Source of the DNA: an uncultured bacterium
Lineage (GTDB): Bacteria > Babelota > Babeliae > Babelales > Vermiphilaceae
Direction: 5' to 3'
Length of the DNA stretch: 64,000 nucleotides
Assembly (NCBI GenBank): GCA_963695335.1
Contig: OY968764.1
Coordinates: 384,001-448,000 of the forward strand
Part shown: in pieces, positions 9,285 through 19,038 of the stretch
How the letters are laid out: each line of letters opens with the position of its first letter
How positions within the stretch are numbered: the stretch's first letter is position 1
Translations under genes and position numbers: made by a program
The notes under the pieces: model-generated
What the model saw: only the letters and a program-made list of their open reading frames with translations
Database searches by the model: none
What the model was told of the DNA's origin: nothing

Positions 9285-10430
9285 TTATATAATAACACGT
9301 GTAAACGCTGGATTTATTCCTACCAAAATCTCTCGTACATTTTTGATATTACCAAGTTCTGCAAGGTCATGAGCGCCAATTTCTGAGTATGGACCCATAA
9401 GAATAACCTCATCGTCAGTATGTGCAGTAATATCTGTCACGTCAACAATTGTCATATTCATTGCCACTCGTCCAATGACTGGAGCCAAAGATCCGTTAAT
9501 AAGAACGGATGTTTTATTGGAAAACCGGAACTTATATCCATCATAATATCCAACTGGTAATAGTGCAATCCGGGTAGTTCTTTGTGTTTGGAATTCACCG
9601 GCATAGCTTACGTATGAGTTTGTAGGAATTGTTTTGATATGCGTTATGTGTGTTTTCCATGTCATAACTGGCTGCAGATGAGATTTTTCATATCCAAGGC
9701 CATAGAGGCCAACCCCTATCCGGAAAAAATTAAAATAATCTTTGTATTCTATGGTGGAAATTGCGGCAGTGTTGCTCATATGGATATAAGGGATGGTGAT
9801 ATTGTTGGGAAGTAAATTAGCAATAACATCATTAAATTGGGTATATTGTTGTGCGCTGAATTCTGGATTGCTATCAGAGGCCGAAAAGTGGCTGCAGATA
9901 CCAACAATATTAATGTAATCAAGACTTTGTACTTGTTTGATGAAAGGTATTGCATCATGCGTAAGAATACCCATGCGGGAAAGGCCGGTATCCACTTTTA
10001 TGTGTATGTTAAATTGATGTGAATATTTTTTGCCAACATCATTCAATTGTTGCGCATATTGAATATTATCAATCATGAATTGGATATTTTTCCCAATAGC
10101 ATTTTCAATGGGCACATCACTATACCCAAGAACCAAAATTGGCTTTGAGATATTTTGCAGGGCAATTGCTTCTGAAAGATGCATTACAAGCAACCAATCA
10201 ACATGTTGGTTGTGTTCAGCAAGGTAGGCAATTTGATGGAGCCCGTGACCGTAACCGTTGCCTTTCATGACGGCAGCAAGTTTATTGTGCGGCTTGATGA
10301 GGTTTTTATAGTAGGCGGCATTGTGGTTAAACGCGGATGCGCTGATTTCAAGGAAGGTTTGATGATTTTCGAGGGGATTTGTTACTTGTATGTTGTGGTT
10401 AGTTAAGTTTTGATTGTTGTTTAAAATCAC
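9285..10430 (-). CDS. alr: Alanine racemase
   Basis: AVMKGNGYGHG PLP-lysine motif, HIKVDTGLSRMG, GYYDG, GRVAMN. Confidence 0.95.
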   Translation of the reverse strand: MILNNNQNLTNHNIQVTNPLENHQTFLEISASAFNHNAAYYKNLIKPHNKLAAVMKGNGYGHGLHQIAYLAEHNQHVDWLLVMHLSEAIALQNISKPILVLGYSDVPIENAIGKNIQFMIDNIQYAQQLNDVGKKYSHQFNIHIKVDTGLSRMGILTHDAIPFIKQVQSLDYINIVGICSHFSASDSNPEFSAQQYTQFNDVIANLLPNNITIPYIHMSNTAAISTIEYKDYFNFFRIGVGLYGLGYEKSHLQPVMTWKTHITHIKTIPTNSYVSYAGEFQTQRTTRIALLPVGYYDGYKFRFSNKTSVLINGSLAPVIGRVAMNMTIVDVTDITAHTDDEVILMGPYSEIGAHDLAELGNIKNVREILVGINPAFTRVII

Positions 10431-10503
10431 TGTTTTTCCATTTTTTTGGGTATCTTTATAGGCAAAATACGCTATTTATAGTATATTATTAAGAGAAATA
10501 AAT

Positions 10504-10686
10504 ATGAAAATAAATATTAAAATAAAAAATTTTGAGCTAAAAAGTTTCAAAGCTCTTATGGAAAAGCGTCTTACAAGAGAAGAGATTCAGATGATTAAAG
10601 AGCAAACAGCTCTTGAATTTAAGGCGCTTGAATCGTTACAAGATGATATTGTGAACAAAATAGCTCATTTAGAGCATCATATTTAG
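10504..10686 (+). CDS. Small hypothetical protein, possibly a truncated antitoxin/regulator
   Basis: 60-aa helical ORF just upstream of rlmB. Confidence 0.4.
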   Translation: MKINIKIKNFELKSFKALMEKRLTREEIQMIKEQTALEFKALESLQDDIVNKIAHLEHHI

Positions 10687-10697
10687 GGACATTTCTC

Positions 10698-11438
10698 ATG
10701 ATCAAAAAGAAAGATAAAGAAACAAAAGGCGAACTTATATTTGGGATTCATCCTGTTGTAGAGCTGTTGAAAGCTAAAAGACGTAAGCTTATCTCATTAT
10801 ACACTACCAAGCCAACTCCCCACTCTTTTGATGAAATTCAAAAAGTGTGGCCAAAGTACCCAGTGCCAATACAGTATGTTGCGCGTGAAGTGCTTGACCG
10901 TATGGTGGGTACAACTGATCATCAAGGAGTTGTTGCATGGACGCATCCATTCCCATATCGTAAAGTGTTTTTTGATTCTAAAAAACATAAGTTTTTGGTT
11001 ATGATTGATGGCGTTCAAGATCCTCGTAATTTGGGGGCTATTTTACGTTCTGCGTATTGTACCGGTGTTGATGGCGCTATTATGATTAAACGTGGTGGTG
11101 CTCAATTAACTGGGGTTGCTATTAAATCAGCTGCAGGATTGAGTGAACATCTTGAAATTTATGCAGCGCAATCGGCGGCATCTGCAATTTTAGATTTAAA
11201 AAATGCAGGATATAATATTTATTTAACAATGTTTGATGGTGAAAATGCTGCAACGTGTAAATATCAATCACCAATGTGTGTTGTGATTGGTGGTGAAGGA
11301 ACTGGTATCTCTAAATCAATTTTATCATCTGGTACACATATCACCTTGCCACAAAAAACAAGTGATATTTCTTATAACGCCTCTGTTGCTGCTGGTATTG
11401 TGCTTTTCTTGGTTTCGACACAGCAAAAGAAGATTTAG
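10698..11438 (+). CDS. rlmB: 23S rRNA 2'-O-methyltransferase, TrmH/RlmB family
   Basis: IFGIHPV, HQGVVA, QDPRNLGAILRSA, GGEGTG, SYNASVAAGI. Confidence 0.9.
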   Translation: MIKKKDKETKGELIFGIHPVVELLKAKRRKLISLYTTKPTPHSFDEIQKVWPKYPVPIQYVAREVLDRMVGTTDHQGVVAWTHPFPYRKVFFDSKKHKFLVMIDGVQDPRNLGAILRSAYCTGVDGAIMIKRGGAQLTGVAIKSAAGLSEHLEIYAAQSAASAILDLKNAGYNIYLTMFDGENAATCKYQSPMCVVIGGEGTGISKSILSSGTHITLPQKTSDISYNASVAAGIVLFLVSTQQKKI

Positions 11439-11478
11439 AGCATAAGTTATTATATTCACCCGATGCAATTCTTTTCCC

Positions 11479-11517
11479 GCGCTTGTCCTGAGCCTGTCGA
11501 AGGATATCTTTGAGCGC
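11479..11517. repeat. Palindromic element, family A
   Basis: gcgcttgtcctgagcctgtcgaaggatatctttgagcgc; near-identical to 26527. Confidence 0.85.
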
Positions 11518-11585
11518 ATTTTCTTTAAGATAAAAAGAAATCCCCGGCGTAAACCGGGGATTAAAAACTTATTTTTATTCCCTTT

Positions 11586-13490
11586 TTAAGCGACAACCGT
11601 TAATAAATCATATCCCACAACTTTTTGCCCATCAGGATTGATAATTTTTATTTTTTTCGTACCCAGCGAAGCATGCTTCGTTGAAACTTTAACTTTAATC
11701 ATTGTCGGATCCATATATTTCACTTTTTCAACCTTAACATCGCCTGATATTTTTACTTGTAACCGGCAATCAAAATCTTTTCCAGGATCAAAAAAACCAG
11801 AACCATCATGAGATTTGCCACAAATAGTTAATGTCACGGAAGATTTGCCTTGTTTAATTTCAGCCGGAGTAACGGAAATTGGTTCTGCCGGAGCCGGTGC
11901 GCGTAATTGTGCCACTTGTACACCCCACTGATCAGTATCAACAGCATATTCTTGAATAGTCCATATCGTCATATCATCACACGGATCTACGCTTGTATAT
12001 GAATAATCACCCCAACGCAATGGGTTAGCTTGATCTTGTTCTGGATTGTATGTTGCATGAGTATTAGTATAAATTATTGGTTTTTGTAATGTTCCTTGAG
12101 GGTCATCCTTAAAACGGCGTGCAATTGCACAATTAACGAACTTATGTTCTCCAGCAGTGCTGCATCCTAGAGCCATAGTACCTTGTCCTGATATATTGAG
12201 TGATGGCATCCAAAAATAACGTGCATTAGTTCCATTTTTTTTGGTTTTATCAAATAATGTACCATGTTGTATTAATGTTGGCTGTTCATGCTTGATATTA
12301 ATTTCATACCATCGCGCTCCATCACGTGTTACTGACATTGGTGTGCAACATTTGCCTTGATTATCAATACCTACATTATGCGCGGTCCATAAGCGTCCAT
12401 CTCTTATCTGTGCCATTATAAGACGGTCACCAACAGCAGTATCAATATTTTTTTCTGCTCCCTGAGAAGGAACCGGAAGTGACTGACAGATTTGAGGAGC
12501 TTTTATTAAAAAAGGACCTTCTGCGGTTGGGGATTCACTACCTGGGTTTAATATGTTCCATAATGCCAAATGATTTGTGCTAAAACTATCTACTCCTATA
12601 AAATGTCCAACCGTAGCATCTTTATCAAAATTATCAACTCCTTGTAGAACAAATGGAGTTGATGGAGGTGAAGCAGGACTAATAAAAAAATTAAATTCAG
12701 TAAAAATAAGTTCGTTTTCTTCTATCAATGCTTTTTTATTAACAACATAAAAAGGTTGTTGTATTGGCGATACTCCTGTAGAAAGAATTAATAGACCACT
12801 TATATAAAGTGCTTGAGTATCTATGCCGAGTGTTGGGTAATCAAGAGCAAATCCTTCACCAACTTCAAAAAAATTAAAACTCCATTCGGTGAAATAACTA
12901 ATTTCTTTGGTATTACTTACTGCAAACATAACTCGATTATTTGAAGGGAATCTAGTAATTTTTTGATTTGGAGCATTGTCATCATCATCTTCTTCTTCAT
13001 CTCCTATTGTAACCATAATAATAAACCAACGTTCTGAAAAACGATCATAGCGAATCCGTATATCACTTGTAGGATTTCCATTTCTTTCTTGTACAAAAAA
13101 ATCATTTGTTGTTGCATCAAGAATTAAATCAGGCATACCAGTTTTTTTATTAAAAGAACGGATGCGGTTATTGATTGCTACAATAAATTGTGTTGGTCCT
13201 ACTGCTCCCATAGTATCTGGTGGAATTATACCACTGGTAAATGCATAATCTACTTGTTCTATTCGTGCACCGAGAAAATTCAAACCAATTTCATTATGTT
13301 TTTTATTACCACCTCTTGTTAAAGATTCATCAAGAGCTTTTCTTTTTTTTGATGTAGCCATTATTTCTGCCGTTGTGCGTGTCCCAGCTTTAATTCCTCT
13401 TCTTTGAATTCCAGGATGTCCCTGATCGGCAAGGCTTTGCATATGCATAATTACACTTGCTGTGGCCATGAGATAAAGTAATTGTTTCAT
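11586..13490 (-). CDS. Large secreted protein with C-terminal Ig/IPT-like domain
   Basis: Signal peptide; PPDTMGAVGP, LDYPTLG, RWGDYS motifs; SVTPAEIKQG...IINPDGQ tail. Confidence 0.7.
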   Translation of the reverse strand: MKQLLYLMATASVIMHMQSLADQGHPGIQRRGIKAGTRTTAEIMATSKKRKALDESLTRGGNKKHNEIGLNFLGARIEQVDYAFTSGIIPPDTMGAVGPTQFIVAINNRIRSFNKKTGMPDLILDATTNDFFVQERNGNPTSDIRIRYDRFSERWFIIMVTIGDEEEDDDDNAPNQKITRFPSNNRVMFAVSNTKEISYFTEWSFNFFEVGEGFALDYPTLGIDTQALYISGLLILSTGVSPIQQPFYVVNKKALIEENELIFTEFNFFISPASPPSTPFVLQGVDNFDKDATVGHFIGVDSFSTNHLALWNILNPGSESPTAEGPFLIKAPQICQSLPVPSQGAEKNIDTAVGDRLIMAQIRDGRLWTAHNVGIDNQGKCCTPMSVTRDGARWYEINIKHEQPTLIQHGTLFDKTKKNGTNARYFWMPSLNISGQGTMALGCSTAGEHKFVNCAIARRFKDDPQGTLQKPIIYTNTHATYNPEQDQANPLRWGDYSYTSVDPCDDMTIWTIQEYAVDTDQWGVQVAQLRAPAPAEPISVTPAEIKQGKSSVTLTICGKSHDGSGFFDPGKDFDCRLQVKISGDVKVEKVKYMDPTMIKVKVSTKHASLGTKKIKIINPDGQKVVGYDLLTVVA

Positions 13491-13648
13491 TGCTTGCTGT
13501 TCCTTTTAAAAATTATTTTTTTTACAATGTATTCAAAAGATAAAAAATAAATTTTCCCTTGGTCAACAATAATAAAAAGCTGGTCTTTTTCTTTTGTGTT
13601 GACTATTTCCCCTATAAAAGAGTAAGAAGAAAATAAGAAATAGGGGGA

Positions 13649-14443
13649 ATGAATATGAAAAAAAAATTACTGATTGTTACAGCAGCAATTATAACACCGG
13701 TCATTTTTGTTGGGCTGAGAAGAAATTCAGCTCCTCTTTTTTCTGTTGAAAAATATCAATGTGTTCAAGATGCAGCTCTTTCTGATGATTACTTTTCTTC
13801 TATTAATAATGCGCTCGCTGATTTGTGTGATAAACATTGTGCAGCGCATGTTATTATTGATCAATTGAAGCAGCAATTTCCTGTGATTAATAAAATAACT
13901 ATTGCGTACAGACCTACAGCTACCCACGTTACATTATCGGTACATGAACCTGTGTGTTGTTTGAATAACTCTATTATTCTCACAACACAAAAAGAGTTGT
14001 TTCCTAAGCATGTTTTTGCTGAGGATGCACTTACTGATATTCTGAATATTACGTGTCATTTGCCATGCGATGCTTCTTCTACCGCTCAAACCCTTCGATA
14101 CACCCCTACGGGGCACTCCCAGACTTCGCACAAGGCTTCGTCGGGCACGGCAGGGCGAGCGGATGTAAGTAGTTTGGTTACAAATTTATTGCAAAAATTA
14201 CCTTGTAACATGAGCGAAAGTTATAACATTGAGCTCATGGCAGAGCACTGTGTGCGTTTTACAGATAAACAACAGCCACAATTTGTTATCGTCTCATCTC
14301 TTGCTCAAGAAAAATTGGCGCAGTTATGTACTCAATGTAAAGAAGTTAAACGCACTATTACTGAAAAAAATGGATTTGATAAAGGAATTAAGTGGGTAGC
14401 GGATACGCGATTTGCTCATTATATTGTTGCTTATAAAGCCTAA
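13649..14443 (+). CDS. ftsQ: Divergent FtsQ-like cell-division protein with in-frame repeat insertion
   Basis: Directly upstream of ftsA-ftsZ; N-terminal TM; POTRA-like FPVINKITIAYRP..HVTLSVHEP; DTRF near C-terminus (cf. DLRF). Confidence 0.6.
   Translation: MNMKKKLLIVTAAIITPVIFVGLRRNSAPLFSVEKYQCVQDAALSDDYFSSINNALADLCDKHCAAHVIIDQLKQQFPVINKITIAYRPTATHVTLSVHEPVCCLNNSIILTTQKELFPKHVFAEDALTDILNITCHLPCDASSTAQTLRYTPTGHSQTSHKASSGTAGRADVSSLVTNLLQKLPCNMSESYNIELMAEHCVRFTDKQQPQFVIVSSLAQEKLAQLCTQCKEVKRTITEKNGFDKGIKWVADTRFAHYIVAYKA
14082..14163. repeat. Family A element with nested family B element, in frame in ftsQ
   Basis: Matches the 20166-20213 copy apart from a 1-nt indel and a 33-nt insert at 14119-14151. 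Confidence 0.85.
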
Positions 14444-14457
14444 AAAAGGGGGATATT

Positions 14458-15690
14458 ATGGCACGACTTATTAAAGATCAAATCATCGCATCGATTGATA
14501 TCGGGACAACTAAAATTTGTGTTTTAATAGCACGAAAAATTGGAGATCAATTGGAAATTATTGGAATTGGTAAATCTCCATCGCATGGTTTAAAAAAAGG
14601 AGTGGTTGTTGATGTTGCAAAAACAATTAATTCAATAAACCTTGCAGTAAAAGAAGCAGAAATGATGGCAGGTATTCCAATAGAAGGTGCGTATATCGGA
14701 ATTTCTGGTGGGCATGTGAGCGCTGTCAATTCAGAGGGTGTGGTGCCCATAAAACATGGACAAATTAAACAAGCTGATGTTGATATGGTGCTTGAAGCTG
14801 CAAAGGCAATTGCAATTCCAGAAGGACGGCAGATTTTACACATTTTACCGCAATATTTTACGATTAATGGCATTGATCGCGTACAAGATCCGATTGGTAT
14901 GCATGGAGTGCGTCTTGAAGTGCAAGCTCATATTATTATGGGATCGGTTTCATCGGTACAAAATTTAGTAAATTGTTGCCAAAGTGCTGGTGTAAACGTT
15001 AATGATATTATATTAGAACAACTTGCATCTGCTGATGCCGTGCTGAGTGAAGATGAGCGTGAATTGGGTGTTGGTGTGATTGATATTGGTGGTGGTACAT
15101 CAGATGTGGCGTTTTATAAAAATGGTTCTGTGCGACACACTATGGTTTTGCCGGTGGCCGGTAATCACGTGACCAATGATATAGCGATCGGGTTACGGAT
15201 TATGAAAAGTGAAGCAGAGAGAATAAAAAAACGTTACGGCTTTGCAATAGGTAATCTGGTGGAAACGGAAGAATTGTTAGAAGTAGAATTGATGCAAGGC
15301 GAAGATTTACAGGTGGTGCGATTATCGGATCTTGTTCTGATTATTGAATCACGTATGCGTGAGTTATTTACGCTCGTAAATGAAGATATTAAGAGAAATC
15401 ATTTAGAGCAGTTTATGACGAATGGGATTGTGTTGACAGGTGGTGGTGCATTGCTTACTGGTGCACGAGAATTAGCCGAAGAAATTTTTGATTGCCCAGT
15501 GCGTATTGGAAAACCACGTGTGTTATTTGATTTAGTAGAAACATTACAAAGTCCATTGTATGCAACAGGGTATGGGTTATTGGTTTATGTGATGCAGAAT
15601 GAAAAAAGAATTAAAATGCATTTGGCAGAGGAGCCATTGACGCGACGTGTTTTTGAACGAATGAAATCTTGGGTTTCGGACTTTTTTTAA
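14458..15690 (+). CDS. ftsA: Cell division protein FtsA
   Basis: IDIGTTKI, GLKKGVVVD, DIGGGTSD, VLTGGGA. Confidence 0.97.
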   Translation: MARLIKDQIIASIDIGTTKICVLIARKIGDQLEIIGIGKSPSHGLKKGVVVDVAKTINSINLAVKEAEMMAGIPIEGAYIGISGGHVSAVNSEGVVPIKHGQIKQADVDMVLEAAKAIAIPEGRQILHILPQYFTINGIDRVQDPIGMHGVRLEVQAHIIMGSVSSVQNLVNCCQSAGVNVNDIILEQLASADAVLSEDERELGVGVIDIGGGTSDVAFYKNGSVRHTMVLPVAGNHVTNDIAIGLRIMKSEAERIKKRYGFAIGNLVETEELLEVELMQGEDLQVVRLSDLVLIIESRMRELFTLVNEDIKRNHLEQFMTNGIVLTGGGALLTGARELAEEIFDCPVRIGKPRVLFDLVETLQSPLYATGYGLLVYVMQNEKRIKMHLAEEPLTRRVFERMKSWVSDFF

Positions 15691-15745
15691 GAATCCTAAT
15701 ATAAAATAAATATAGGTTAGTACGTTTAAAAAAAAGGAGAACACG

Positions 15746-17074
15746 ATGATAGATTTTGAACAAGAAGCGTTGCATCGTCAGAAATCAATGGTTTCAATTA
15801 AAGTGATTGGTGTTGGTGGCGCCGGGGGGAATGCTGTTAACAGCATCATAGAATCAGGCTGTCAGGGAATTGGATTTATTGTTGCAAATACAGATGCGCA
15901 AGCTTTGGAGTTTTCAAAAGCGCAACACAAAATTCAAATCGGTGTTAAGTCCACAAAAGGGTTAGGGGCGGGGGCGAATCCAGAAACTGGAAAACGTGCT
16001 GCAGAAGAAGACCTTGATAAAGTGATGGATGCTCTTGATGGAGCAGACATCGTTTTTGTTGTTGCAGGAATGGGTGGTGGAACTGGATCAGGTGCAACAC
16101 CAGTCATTGCCAAAGCATTACGTGATAAAGGCGTTTTATCAATAGCAATAGTCATTCGACCATTTATGATAGAAGGTAAGCGCCGTGCAGCAACAGCAGA
16201 AGAAGCAATTCAAAAACTGAAACAAGATGTGGATGCATTGATTATTGTACCAAATGAAAAGTTGCTCGAAGTTGTTGATGAGCAAGTTTCTATGAAAGAT
16301 GCATTTGCAATGATCAATGATGGTATTTTAAGCCAATCAGTGCGCGGATTATCTGATATTATTACACGTCCAGGGCACATCAATGTTGATTACGCTGATA
16401 TTCGCACCATTATGAAAGATCGTGGTCTTGCTGTTATGGGAACTGGTAAAGCATCAGGAAAAGGGCGTGCGCACAGTGCTGCTGTCAAAGCAATATCATC
16501 TCCATTGTTAGAAAACATGAGTGTTGTTGGTGCACGTGGCGTGCTTTGCAATATTACCGGTGGTAAAGATTTGGGTCTTCGTGAAATTAGTGAAGCTGCA
16601 TCTGTGGTATATGAACAAGCTCATGAAGATGCAAATATTATCATCGGTTCGGTCATTGATGAAAATTTAAAAGATGAAGTTATTGTAACAATTATTGCAA
16701 CTGACTTTGAAAGACAAGATGCGCAACATGTACAAGAAGTAAAAGAAGAACCTGTGATTGAATTTGTTGCACAACACGAAGAAGTTGCGCATGTTTGCCT
16801 GTCCGCCGTAGCCTCGGCGAAGGAGGATGCTGCGCCGGTGATAGAAGAACCAATTATTGAACCTCTTCCATTGCAAATGGATATGGACCTGTCCGCCCCT
16901 TCGACAGAGCTCAGGATAAACTCCACCTTGGCGAAGGAGGAGGCAAAAGAAGAAGATATGCAAGATTTTATGAAAAAAAGTCATGCAGATTTTTTTGAAC
17001 AAGCCGACAACACATTTGGCGGTGCAGTAGATTCCAAAGACTTGGATGTACCGACGTTTATGCGTCAAAAATAG
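15746..17074 (+). CDS. ftsZ: Cell division protein FtsZ
   Basis: GVGGAGGNAVN, AGMGGGTGSG, C-terminal LDVPTFMR. Confidence 0.98.
   Translation: MIDFEQEALHRQKSMVSIKVIGVGGAGGNAVNSIIESGCQGIGFIVANTDAQALEFSKAQHKIQIGVKSTKGLGAGANPETGKRAAEEDLDKVMDALDGADIVFVVAGMGGGTGSGATPVIAKALRDKGVLSIAIVIRPFMIEGKRRAATAEEAIQKLKQDVDALIIVPNEKLLEVVDEQVSMKDAFAMINDGILSQSVRGLSDIITRPGHINVDYADIRTIMKDRGLAVMGTGKASGKGRAHSAAVKAISSPLLENMSVVGARGVLCNITGGKDLGLREISEAASVVYEQAHEDANIIIGSVIDENLKDEVIVTIIATDFERQDAQHVQEVKEEPVIEFVAQHEEVAHVCLSAVASAKEDAAPVIEEPIIEPLPLQMDMDLSAPSTELRINSTLAKEEAKEEDMQDFMKKSHADFFEQADNTFGGAVDSKDLDVPTFMRQK
16798..16827. repeat. Family B element in the FtsZ linker (LSAVASAKED)
   Basis: cctgtccgccgtagcctcggcgaaggagga. 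Confidence 0.85.
16888..16941. repeat. Family B element with nested family A element in the FtsZ linker
   Basis: cctgtccgcc[ccttcgacagagctcaggataaactcca]ccttggcgaaggagga. Confidence 0.85.
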
Positions 17075-17083
17075 AAGTGTGGA

Positions 17084-17122
17084 AAAAATAGCGCTTACAA
17101 TTTTTTAGTAAGCGCTATTTTT
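17084..17122. terminator. Bidirectional terminator
   Basis: aaaaatagcgcttac...gtaagcgctattttt. Confidence 0.7.
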
Positions 17123-17162
17123 GAATGTCTTAGAGATAATTATTGAAATATTTTTTATCAAG

Positions 17163-17453
17163 TTATTCATATATTGCGGCATGAATTTCTTGTATAGTAT
17201 ATGGTCGATTTCCATAAAGTATTTGTTTACATGCTTTCAGTTGTGCTTGTGTTTCTTTTATACTTTCTAAAGAATTGTGTTTTGGATCTAAATAAGCACC
17301 TTCCGTATATCTGATAGCTTCCTTAAGTTCGTTTTTGTCTTCCTGACTTAAGTAAGGATTTTCTCTTCTTTCCATTGCAGTCACTTGAATTGATGCAAAC
17401 GACGTTATTGTCAGGACTATGCCTGTAATGAGTAAGTTTTTTGTACTTTTCAT
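17163..17453 (-). CDS. Small secreted protein, MKSxKNLL family (copy 3)
   Basis: Near-identical to 17879-18169. Confidence 0.85.
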   Translation of the reverse strand: MKSTKNLLITGIVLTITSFASIQVTAMERRENPYLSQEDKNELKEAIRYTEGAYLDPKHNSLESIKETQAQLKACKQILYGNRPYTIQEIHAAIYE

Positions 17454-17463
17454 GAAAATTCCT

Positions 17464-17805
17464 TTAAATACTTGGGTAAATTATATTTGATATTTCATTA
17501 TCGGTATAAGCTCTGTTGCCATAATATATTTCTTTTATGCGTTCAACGCGTTGTTTTTCTGATTGTATTTTTTGATTAAACACTACTTTGTTTCGTAAAG
17601 ATTCTGAAGCTGCTCCTTGCCCTTGGCTGAATAGTTGTATTCCTTGTGCTGCAGCTGCGACAGCGAGTTCAAGATCATGTTTTTGCTTATTGCTTAGGTA
17701 AGGATTTACCGATTTATTCAGTTCCATTGCAGATATTTGAACCGATGCAAATAACGTGATTGCAAGAGCTACGCCTGTAATAAGTAAGTTTTTTGTATTT
17801 TTCAT
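17464..17805 (-). CDS. Small secreted protein, MKSxKNLL family (copy 4)
   Basis: Start moved to MKNTKNLL at 17805 with AAGGAG RBS; VNPYLS, YYGNRAY. Confidence 0.85.
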   Translation of the reverse strand: MKNTKNLLITGVALAITLFASVQISAMELNKSVNPYLSNKQKHDLELAVAAAAQGIQLFSQGQGAASESLRNKVVFNQKIQSEKQRVERIKEIYYGNRAYTDNEISNIIYPSI

Positions 17806-17878
17806 AAAAACACTCCTTTTTTTAACAAGTGTTATTTTTAATGCCTTAGAGATAATTATTGAAATATTTTTTATCAAG

Positions 17879-18169
17879 TTATTCATATATTGCGGCATGA
17901 ATCTCTTGTATAGTATATGGTCGATTTCCATAAAGTATTTGTTTACATGCTTTAAGTTGTGCTTGTGTTTCTTTTATACTTTCTAAAGAATTGTGTTTTG
18001 GATCTAAATAAGCACCTTCCGTATATCTGATAGCTTCCTTAAGTTCGTTTTTGTTTTCCTGACTTAAGTAAGGATTTTCTCTTCTTGCCATTGCAGTTAC
18101 CTGAACTGACGAAAATAATGTGATTGCCAGGGCTATGCCTGTAATAAGTAAGTTTTTTGTGTTTTTCAT
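17879..18169 (-). CDS. Small secreted protein, MKSxKNLL family (copy 5)
   Basis: ENPYLS, LYGNRPY; AAGGAG RBS. Confidence 0.85.
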   Translation of the reverse strand: MKNTKNLLITGIALAITLFSSVQVTAMARRENPYLSQENKNELKEAIRYTEGAYLDPKHNSLESIKETQAQLKACKQILYGNRPYTIQEIHAAIYE

Positions 18170-18503
18170 GAAACACTCCTTTTTTTGAGATTAATACGAT
18201 ATCTATCACTTATAACTTTACCTTATCTGAATTCAGTTTGTAAATAATTTTAATAAAGTAGCGTTAAAAAGGGTGTTTTCTTGTTCCTTATGACTTTTTT
18301 GGTTTGTAATGATTGTAAAATTGCGAATCCAATTCGCAAATTTACAAAAAGGTGCCAAAATGAGCTACTAGAGTATAAAACTGAATTTGTAAACGACTGT
18401 TTTGGGGTGGAAGGCGGCGGGGGAGTTGATTAAGGAATTGGAAAATAAGTGATTTTAATAAAATAGCGCTTACTGAAAGTTGTAAGCGCTATTGATTTTT
18501 CAG

Positions 18504-18803
18504 TTATTGATAAAAAGCGGCATACCGTACGTCAGCTTCGTCATAAGCTTCATTGCCGTAATACATTTTTTCAAAACGTTTAAGTTTTTGTTGTGCTTCT
18601 TTGAGTTCTTCGGGTGTGTAAACAAATCCGGATTTTGGATCTAGCTGTTGTGTTTGGGCCCCAATATGTCGTTCAAGTGCTCTTTTTGCACCCGGAGTTA
18701 AATTAGGATTTACTCTTGATGCCATTGCAGTCACTTGAACTGATGCAAACAATGCAGTCGCCAGGACTATGCCTGTAATGAGTAAGTTTTTGGTGTTTTT
18801 CAT
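18504..18803 (-). CDS. Small secreted protein, MKSxKNLL family (copy 6)
   Basis: VNPNLT, YYGNEAY; upstream region duplicated with copy 5. Confidence 0.85.
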   Translation of the reverse strand: MKNTKNLLITGIVLATALFASVQVTAMASRVNPNLTPGAKRALERHIGAQTQQLDPKSGFVYTPEELKEAQQKLKRFEKMYYGNEAYDEADVRYAAFYQ

Positions 18804-19038
18804 GAAACACTCCTTTTTTTGAGAATAATACGATATCTATCACTTATCAGTTTACCCCCACCAATTTCAAGTTGTCAATAATGTGATGGTAAAAAGAGCT
18901 CATAAAATGGGAATGTTTGTTGCAGATGGGTGTATTTTATTCTATTTGTCATGATCAAATTAGGGGCTTTTTACGGCGATTAAGGGTTGTGGTATGCTTA
19001 CTTATGTAAGAACTTGGCCTTATACGAAAGAGATTATT

